From Octopus bimaculoides (lineage: Eukaryota), in the NCBI RefSeq assembly GCF_001194135.2, contig NC_068986.1:85554124-85600162 (forward strand): DNA of 46,039 bases. Reading direction: 5' to 3'. Each line of letters begins with the position of its first letter. Positions within the stretch are counted from its first letter, which is position 1. Positions 37,418 to 46,039 of the stretch are shown here, in pieces. The translations under genes and the position numbers were made by a program. The notes under the pieces are model-generated. The model saw only the letters and a program-made list of their open reading frames with translations. It was not told where the DNA came from and did no database searches.

Positions 37418-38578
37418 TATGTATGTATATACACGCATACAAATATATATTTACACACATGCCTATATGCATGTTTGTGTGGATGTGGATGTATGTGTGT
37501 GCGCGCATGAGTATTGTAGATGGTGTGTGTGCATTGTGTGTGTTTATATATGTATGCATGCATGAATCTATGTCTATAAATGCATACATATGAACACACA
37601 TAGTCCAATAGTTGTACTTCTTCATGATCATCTTTGAGAAACGCGTTACTGAAAGAGAAATAAATCTTCTGCCAATAATTACATTAAATATGTGTGATTC
37701 TATAACAAATTATTCAGATGTATTATTGTAGAAATAGATAAAGCTACCCGGATTATTAAAACTTCATCAGTCACACCTCATATAAAGTCGAGCAATGAGT
37801 TCTGACTGCTTTGTCAGAACAAGTTGTTAATTCAAATAAATGAATGTATATATATCTTGTTGAATGCTCTCCTAAATTCTTCCAAATCATTAATGCAACA
37901 TATGTCATCGATCAATCTGAATGGACCATGATAATTAAAAGCTTTAATTTTGTCAACATTTTATTAAGTTTCCCATGAATTCATACTTGGAAGAATACGG
38001 ATAACATTAGCTCCAAGCATCGTCGAAACAATACCCAACGGATTTCCAATTCACGGTAACAAAGAAGATGATCAATTTGGAATAGACAGCTTATAATTAG
38101 ATACGTTATTGTTTCTTTTAGAGAATTAATTATCGTGTAAGATTTCTCCAAGTGTTTCTCAATCCTACCTAAGATGACAAAAGTTACAGAATAATGTAAC
38201 TTTTAACGTGCCTAAAAATAAAAATGAAAACAAAATGGTTATATAATACGTTAGTACAGGATTATTATAATCAATAAATTTAATAGTTAAGAAAATAATT
38301 CTATCTAGAAATACGTTTAGAACATTAAATTTTTACTATGAGTTAAAACCCGTGAAGAAAATTAATGCTTTCATTTGTTTAAAAGAACTTAATAGGAGAA
38401 ATTAAATTTTGATTTCTGTTAACTAAGAATAACGACTGTGTTCGATTGATTTCCTCCCTTGTAGCTTACTGGTATTTTGCTATCTACTCTAAAGTGCTTT
38501 AATTATTCACATTCATACCGCTAAAAATATTAACAGTTCAGTTCTTTAATGTCACTCCCATTTAAAAGTACTCCTCCA

Positions 38579-38648
38579 CTTCCTCTTCACTTCTTCCTCT
38601 TCACTTCTTCCTCTTCACTTCTTCCTCTTCACTTCTTCCTCTTCACTG
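38579..38648. repeat. 14-bp minisatellite (cttcctcttcactt) x5 within a polypyrimidine tract (~38570-38800)
   Basis: Seen directly. Confidence 0.95.
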
Positions 38649-39469
38649 CTTCTTCTTCTCATCTTCCTCCTCTCCCATTCCTTTCCCCTTTTCTCACCAC
38701 CCCTTCCTCCTTCTCTTCCGCCTCTCCTCTTTCTCCTCTCACCTTCCTCTTCCCTTCCTCCTCCTCTTCTGGCCCTCTTCTTCCCCCCCTCTTCTTCCCT
38801 TCAGTAATAATAGTAGAAGCAACAGCAGCATCAGCAACAGCTGCAGCAGCAGCAACAGTACTAGTAGTACTAGTACTACATATTGCTATTGTTAAAATAT
38901 AAAATAAAGCAGCTTCTAAAATGTTCTATTTTCCGAAACGAACATAAAATCTTTGGACTCACACGTTGTTTATATTGCAGCTGTTGTTGATGCTATATTA
39001 GTCGTGGTGCTGTGATTGTTATTGTTAGAGTTGCTCAGTTAAGAACACAAAAAGGACTTTCCAGAAGTAATCACCGGGTACATTTTGTATGCTTAGAAAT
39101 GACTTCATTGTGAAACGTTTACAGCGCAATGGTGTCTGATATGAGGGAAATTTACCTACTGTTACTAGCACATCCAGTAATTACTTAGAGATCCATCAGA
39201 ATAACAATTTCAGGATCGAATACGATTAAACAGTTATGTATGTATAACAAATAGCTTCATAAGCAAATTAAAGAGTCGAATAGTTTAATTTGGTGAGTGT
39301 TGATCTTAGTTCGCACAGATTTGGAGCACATACTAAATAGCAGTCTCACCGACGCTCTAACTACTATGCCATGTCACAAGTCGTTAATACTCGCCAATAT
39401 CCATTTGATGCATTCAAACTGTTTGTTGTTGGTGTTGCTGTTCAAGAGGTACTGCTTATTACTTTTTAA

Positions 39470-39940
39470 CCTTTAGCTTTCAGATTACTGAGTTAAATTT
39501 AATACATATTGATTCACATTATTGTTATTTTTCGGGACGGTCATTTCTTTTTTACCTTATTCTTTCTTCTGTTTTTTTTTCTTTGCCAAATAAGCACACG
39601 CACAATATATTCGTTCTTCTTTTCAGGTTTATTATTGTGCTTATTTTAATATCCTTAATCTGAAAAATTTCTTTCACACGTCCTGTGACCTCTTCAGCGA
39701 CGCTTCAACTCACATGTCTCCGCCCGTTCTGTTTAATCCATTCTGCAACTCACTGTGTGCTTTATTCACATTGTTTCGAATTAATCATGCATCTTCTTGT
39801 AGCTTTGAAATTTCGATAATGTAATTATATATTTTTAGAATAGCATTGTACAGGAGCTGTGGGAAACCGGATCTGAGCAGTTTGAACATAAAACAACTAG
39901 AATATTTGGGCTTAATATGGCCTGTTCAAGCGCTAAAGGG
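39470..39940. mobile_element. piggyBac-type MITE with TTAA target-site duplication
   Basis: TTAA-CCTTTAGC ... GCTAAAGGG-TTAA; an internal segment is shared with 18822-18958 and 45024-45140. Confidence 0.75.
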
Positions 39941-39965
39941 TTAAGGTAGTTAGAGTGTAATTTTA

Positions 39966-40279
39966 CGTGGCTTAGGGGTTAGGATATTCAGCTGACAGTC
40001 ATAAGGTTGTGAGTTCAATTCCTGGCGACGCCTTGTGTCCTTGTGCAGGGCATTTTATTTCACGTTGCTCTGGTCCACTCAGCTGGCAAACATGAGTAGT
40101 ACCTGTATTTCAAAGAGCCAGCCTTGTTGCATTTTGTGTCACGCTGAATCTCCCATAGAACTATGATAAGAGTACACGAGTCTGTGGGTGCTCAGCCACT
40201 TGCATGCTGATTTCACGAGCTGGCTTTCGTTGATCGGATCAACTGCAACCCTCGGCGTCGTAAATGACGGAGTGTCAGT
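39966..40279 (+). mobile_element. tRNA-derived SINE (family A variant with a different 3' body)
   Basis: tggcttaggggttagg, gagttcaattcc, ttgtgtccttgtgcagggcattttatttcacgttgctctggtccactcagctggcaaa. Confidence 0.8.
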
Positions 40280-40550
40280 TTCATGCATTTAAGTTTAACT
40301 ATGTGATATCAATCGAGCTGTTAAGAATTTATTTGGATATATTTTATAATCTTTATACAACAGTTCACTACATAGATATAATTCAGCTTATGAATATAAG
40401 TTATTTTGCAAGAAAGAGATAAAGTCTATACAAAAGACGCAGCATATTACTGGTACTTAGGTTATTATTGATAGAGATATGACATGCAAGTGTAAATAAT
40501 AAGCCACTTTGCTACTTAAAAATATATATTGTCTCACTTAAATATTCATG

Positions 40551-40707
40551 TGAAGGCGCATGCTTTAGTTTTCAGGATATTAGGCTCACATTACGAAGGT
40601 CGTGGGTTTGATTCCAGGCACAGGCAGTGCATTGTGTTCTTGAGAAACTCGCTTCATTTCCTGGTGCTACAGTCTACTCAGTTGAAATGAATGCCAGTCG
40701 AGTGCCA
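40551..40707 (+). mobile_element. Decayed SINE family A
   Basis: gaaggcgcatg...gggtttgattccagg...attgtgttcttgagaaa. Confidence 0.65.
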
Positions 40708-41379
40708 CCGCCATACTTCTCCCTCCAGCCACCACTTCATCCATATTCTATTTGGTCAAACAGTGAAAGGCTCGTGAGCTTACACTACACCTGCTTGTGA
40801 CTATACAGGCCACTAAAATAAGGTTAGTGAACTCATGCACATGCTACCAGATTGGTTATGCTCAGCTAGGAGTGACAGCTACGCATTCACACCACAACCA
40901 CACATACATACACCACAGCCAAATGTCCACACACACTCATTAAATAATGTCTGTGAAATAACAAGTGAAATAAATTTAGATGTGTCAAAATCTTGCTGTG
41001 GGTTAGATAAGAATATAAACATATTTTTCCTACTCTATTGATGTGCCGAACAATTATAAAAAAATACGGTAGTAATTTTCTTGTTGAACCATTTGTCAAG
41101 TAGAAAGCTCTTGAGAGAAGGCGTACACCAGCCTGTTTTCCCAAACAGTAACGCAGACCAGCTATTATATAAAGCTGTTTTCAATTAAATAAGCACCGTG
41201 GTGGGTAGTTTAATTTGCATATCTATGCTTTTGACAGGTCGTCAATGATTTAAATAATATCTGATTAATGTACCACACAGCATAAGTAAATAAAAGCTGA
41301 AATAAGTTTAAACGTTACAAGTCCTTAAGAAAATAGATGGGGTCGGGTCGGAGCGGGTCATTAATGACCTAGAAGTAGT

Positions 41380-42080
41380 ACTTAACTAGTACTTTCTTTT
41401 ATTGATCACGGAAGGAAGGAATACAAAATGTCTCAAGTTAAGTTTCAAATCAGAACGTACAGGAATTTTTTATCTGACACTCTTGTGTTTGTGTCAATCG
41501 CCTTTAATAAGCCTTCCTTTTCTTGCTATTGACACAAAGCCTGAAATTTGAGAGGTGGAGGAATTTATCAATTATATTGAGTCCCGTACTCAACTTGTAT
41601 TTATGTTATTGATTCTAAAAAAAATCAAAGAAAAAGTCAAACTCAAATTTTGAACTCAAAACATAAAGACGCATTTTGTTTGGTGCTGTAACAATTTTGC
41701 CAGCTCGCTTGCATAATCACCTCTAATAATGGCTTGAAATTTTGACAGAAAGCCAGCAGCCTTGGGTGGCGGATTAAGTCGATTACATCGAACCCAGTTT
41801 TCAACTGGTAATTATTTCATTGACCCCGAAAGCGAGAAAGGAAAATTCGACCAAGACAGATATTGAACTCGGAACATAAAGACAGGTGAAATGCCTGACA
41901 ACACACTAACTATTCTGCCAGCTCACCACCTTAATCGCCTCTAATCATCCTTTCTACTAAAGACACAAAGCCTGATATTTTGGTGGGAGGAGACTAATCG
42001 ATTACACCAACTCAGTTTTTCACTGGTACTTATTTTATCGACCCTGAGAGGATAAAAGTCAAAGTCAACTTCGGCAGAAT
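41380..42080 (-). mobile_element. Cluster of 3-4 same-orientation SINE family B copies
   Basis: Repeated ggtacttattttatcgaccc.ga.agga..aaag.caaagtcgac...gaactc at ~41390, ~41590, ~41810 and ~42025; two copies carry gacacaaagcctga.at.tt. Confidence 0.8.
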
Positions 42081-42859
42081 ATAACTGTCTTTAATAATGA
42101 AACTGTTTTCAATTTAGTGAGACTGATATCAGATTTAATTACTTGCATTTAAATGTTACAATGTTAAACTATTAGCAGGGTGTCAATGCGAAATCCGGAT
42201 AGAATACTAATGAAAGTATTTAAGAAACACTATGATGGATAAAGTGCGTAATTTTTATAATTAGTATTACAGTTATAGTATAATAATAAATTTTGTTACT
42301 GTTATCGTTATATTGTAGGTATAATATTGTATACTTACAATTTCACTTATCTATTGTAACCGTTATTATATTTACTTGTATAATCCTTGTGCTCTTTTTT
42401 TATTAAACCCAATCAATGAAGCTGTGGTTTAGCAGAATCGTTCATATGACGGACAAAATTGTATTTACTTACGACCTTTTTTTGGGTCTGAATTCACATT
42501 CATGGAGATTAAGTTAGCAAGTCCTCCTTCCTATGATGATAAAATAATTATCTACCATTTGAATAATGGCATGAATGTTATATTCTGGTAAAGTATTCTA
42601 TATTTAAATTGGATTTTATAAATCAATCCTAATCTAATTAATCGAAAACATTCTCGCAGTAACCAAGCACTTTTTCAGTGTTATGTAGAAATATTTTTAG
42701 AAATGTACTGCCTACTTTTGAGGTAAATTTGATCAAATTCGTCCCATCCGTGACCATCTCGTTTTTCATGCTGTGTTTTATATTTGAAGGCATACTGCAA
42801 TTTTTAAGACGGTAGGATATTATTTCAGGAAGATTTACTGCTATTTGTAGTAGGTTATT

Positions 42860-43840
42860 CAACCAAGTTGGCTCCTAAACTTTATAGTAATTCCAGTGGC
42901 AGAATCTCTGATGAATGTGGTTCATTTGAAGAAGGCAGATCTCGGCATGTTAGACGGAATCATTAAGAGAATTCTCGGAGAGAATGTCTTGACAAGTAAG
43001 TGATAAAAAGGTTATATAATTAGGAAAGGTTATAGCTGACTAAGAAAAATGGAGGCCTGTATTGTCAGATGTATAAAAGATGCATAGAGGGAAACAATAA
43101 TGGGCGACAGGTTACATTGCGATGAAATATGGAGAATGTATCAGAGCTGGCAGGAAAGAGGGGAGAGAGTAAAAGAAAGAGAGTTAACCAGAGATAGAGA
43201 GAGTGAGTAAGCAAGGGAGAGAGAGGATTAAGAGAGAAGGAGAGAAAGAAGAAGGGAGAGAGAAAAGTGGTAAAGGATGATGCTATGTTCTGTGTACATG
43301 AAGTCTTGGTAATTAAGACATCAGACAGAATTCGAAAAGAATGAATGCTGTGTGAAATTAATGAGGTGAACTCTGTAAAAGAAACTGGTAAATAGCGTAA
43401 GGGAGCTATTTTAAGCAATATGAGAAGAAAGCTGTAGAGATAGAAGTGTTTACCAAATTTGATAAAAATACAGAGGAAAAAATGCATGGATGGCTACTTT
43501 TTTTAACTTGCATTCTTGGAAAAATCTATGCTGTCATTTACAGGCAGGTACAAATGTTAGAAGAAAGTATAAAAAGTATAAAATTAAAATGAATGCAAGT
43601 TATATCAGACACTTGCTGGCAATGTTAAGAATTGTGAATATCTTCTATTATAGGACACTAAATTTATGTATACCACTTGCTTTGAGGCGATCGCTGCTTC
43701 AAGGCAATAATAAGAATGATTTCTTACTGAGGCAAAATAAGAGAAATTTATGCAAGGAGTATGTATGTTTACTGAATCGGCATTATTACTTCAGGAAGGA
43801 GGAAATGTTAAATAACCACCAGTGGGATTTGATGTGAGAA
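42860..43840 (+). mobile_element. Possible highly decayed non-LTR retrotransposon (RLE type) fragment
   Basis: Short translated pieces (LMNVVHLKKADLGMLDGIIKRIL; IRHLLA../EYL) resemble R4/CRE-type ORF regions; heavily interrupted. Confidence 0.3.
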
Positions 43841-45430
43841 CAATGATAGTCTAAACTATTCACGGCTAATGAAGTGGAGTACATAGCAATAGTATTATAA
43901 TCATTGATGGAAATTATTAAAGATTTATGCTATTGTAGACAATAATTGTTTCTTAATTAGAGGCAGAGGTACCGCAGATTCAGTAGATGGGAAGCTAATC
44001 AATGTCATGGACCATAGGACTCGATACTTAAGTTTATCTTCCACAAAAGAAAGAAAGCAAAGCTTACCACGGCAGGATATGACATCAGAGCAAAAAGAAC
44101 CGAAAAAGACGACGCTAGGTATTTTGTCCGCTATTCTAACGATTCTGCCAGCCCACAACCCTTGTTATTGCAAAAAATAATTAGTAATAAAAATCATAAA
44201 CCCGTTTTAAATGGCACTTTATTTAATAATGTGTAATTACATAACTTTACAAAATACCAAACTGTTTAGCGATACATTGATGTAAAAAGGACTCGTTAAT
44301 TGAATATTCAAATATAATCAATTTCACTTAATTGCATAAAATTTATTTTGATTTTGAGTAAAAATAAAATAACGAAACACCAAATATGAGTACATATTTG
44401 ATTGGTTTGATATAACTGAAGCGATTCTAGAAACGTCTAATTCTGTAGAGGAGTTATATCATCATTGTTTCATGTTTTGAAACAAGTCATCTCAAAAATT
44501 CTGGATATTGTTAAGGTTTAAATAAATTAAAAGACCATCGGAGTTCAGATTCCGTTGTAGTATATTTATCTTAAGTGAAATAAGCATTGGAGAGGATTTG
44601 CCCCACGCAGAAATTACACAAGTTATTCAGAGGTAATGCCAGCTCGTCTCCTATATCCATAGCAATGTCGGAAAACCTTACGTAGCATAAGTAGATATAT
44701 CAGGGTCACAAACGTTTCGTCATTTATCATTTACGCTTAGCCTGAGTGGGGCAGTTAGGATTGAACTTGTCTTCAGATGCGATATCCTGTATACCACAGC
44801 CACTTTGAGTTGATTTCATTTGCCTTGCTCATCTCCTTCATGGGTTTCTTCATGTGTCTGCGTTCCGAAACAATTTTCAATGTGGATTAAATTTGTAGAG
44901 CATTAATTGCGAAATTAGTAATGAATAAAGGCTGTTCTTACTTTTATGCATTTGTTTGGTAAGATTCCTGATTTGAAATTCTGTAGAAACAAATAATGTT
45001 ATATTTTGGTAAGGTCTGTTTACTTTTTGCCAAATAAACACACGCACTATATATTCGTTCTTTATTTCGGCATTATTATTGCTTTTATTTTAGTGTACTT
45101 TGTCTAAATGTTTCGTCACACTTCTGTGACCTCTTCGGAGACCGAACAGCCCAATGGTCTAAACAGAACAGAAGGAGACACGTGGGATGGAGGGTTGCTG
45201 AAGAGCTCACAGTGTTTGTGACGAAAGATTTAGACAATGAACACAGAAATAAGAACAGTAATAAAACTGATGTGAAGAACAAATATGTAATGCGTATGTT
45301 TATTTCACAACAAAAAATTACCATCCTGAACTATAACAATAACGGTAGTTTTATTTTAAATTTATTATCAGATGTCCTAGTTTTAAATCGATTCAATTAT
45401 TTCTTCAGTCACCAGTAATGCATTAATTTG

Positions 45431-45560
45431 GTAGCGTTTTGGCAGAGTCGTTAGAGTGTGGTGCAGATTTCTTCTGGCTCTCTGCGTTTTGAGTTCGAAT
45501 TTCACTTTCGTCAACTTTACTTCTAACTTTTTCGCGATTGATTAATGAATTAAAAGTCCG
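45431..45560 (+). mobile_element. Decayed SINE family B head
   Basis: tggcagagtcgttagag (A-box-like) and gagttcgaatt (B-box-like). Confidence 0.5.
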
Positions 45561-45616
45561 TTATTGAGCTCCATCCCTCTCACTCCTCTCTAGATATTTT
45601 TCTTTACTCTTTTATT

Positions 45617-45790
45617 CATTATTTACAATTGACGGATATTTGTTCTCGTCTTGTTTGTTGTTAACACATTTCGGCTGATATACCCTCCAGACTTCATCAG
45701 GCGTCTTGGGGAAATTTCGAACCTGGGTGCTCAATCCTAAGGTATTTTTCGACGTCGTTGTTGTTGTTATTATTATTATTATTATTATTT
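45617..45790 (-). mobile_element. Second copy of the hammerhead-containing element (tail and (AAT)n tract)
   Basis: Reverse complement aligns with 26780-26953, including cctgatgaag.ctggagggtatatcagccgaaa. Confidence 0.9.
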
Positions 45791-46039
45791 TATGTTTGAC
45801 TTTTGTTTTGCATTTGTACAAGTTGGATCCAAGTCTCACCCAGAGACCTCAAGAGACAACAAGTTAGAAGTTCATGTAGGTGTTATGCCTAGGGTACCAT
45901 ATATTTGGATTTGTACAGTTTTGTTCAAGTGAATGTTTAAGAAACCATAAGAAAATTATGTTTGCTTTAAAATTTGAGATCACATAGACAGTATTTTACG
46001 TAGGATATGGGCAGTTCCCATGAGCACTATCTTTTGGAC
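45791..46039 (-). mobile_element. 3' end of an R4/Dong-like non-LTR retrotransposon (ORF end 46039-45980 plus 3' UTR), continuing beyond the window
   Basis: VQKIVLMGTAHILRKILSM* matches the QKxxLxGTxxILRxxL C-terminus of R4/Dong ORFs; the 3' end abuts (TAA)n. Confidence 0.8.

Noticed and set aside
1-46039. Most ORFs in the supplied track (poly-X, YIYI, CVCV, THTH, RERE types)
   Set aside because: They arise from N-gaps and dinucleotide repeats that lack stop codons.
1-46039. CRISPR arrays, rRNA genes, operons
   Set aside because: No repeat-spacer arrays or rRNA-like sequence seen; the DNA is eukaryotic in character.

Overview
AT-rich eukaryotic genomic DNA with 11 assembly gaps and very dense micro-satellites. 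The repeat repertoire and composition suggest a coleoid cephalopod such as Octopus (inference, no database check). There are no prokaryotic features: no operons, CRISPR or rRNA. Nearly all ORFs in the supplied track are artefacts of N-gaps, dinucleotide repeats or chance. What can be supported: (i) a CpG-poor central block (~13.3-28.7 kb) with several short, phase-compatible plus-strand exons of an unidentified gene, preceded by two divergent YY1-type motifs at ~12.9 kb; (ii) decayed transposons: a full-length DD34D mariner, an internally deleted DD37D (maT) element, three TTAA-flanked piggyBac-type MITEs, 3' ends of RTE, L1/Tx1-like and R4/Dong-like LINEs, and many tRNA-derived SINEs; (iii) several fold-back or palindromic elements. 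The most interesting structure is a ~416-bp insertion at 26.54-26.95 kb bounded by a 12-bp direct repeat. It combines a tRNA-like Pol III head, an (AAT)n tract, a minimal hammerhead-ribozyme motif of the Penelope type and an inverted copy of its own 3' end. Another copy at 45.6-45.8 kb abuts a Dong-like LINE 3' end at its (TAA)n tract.
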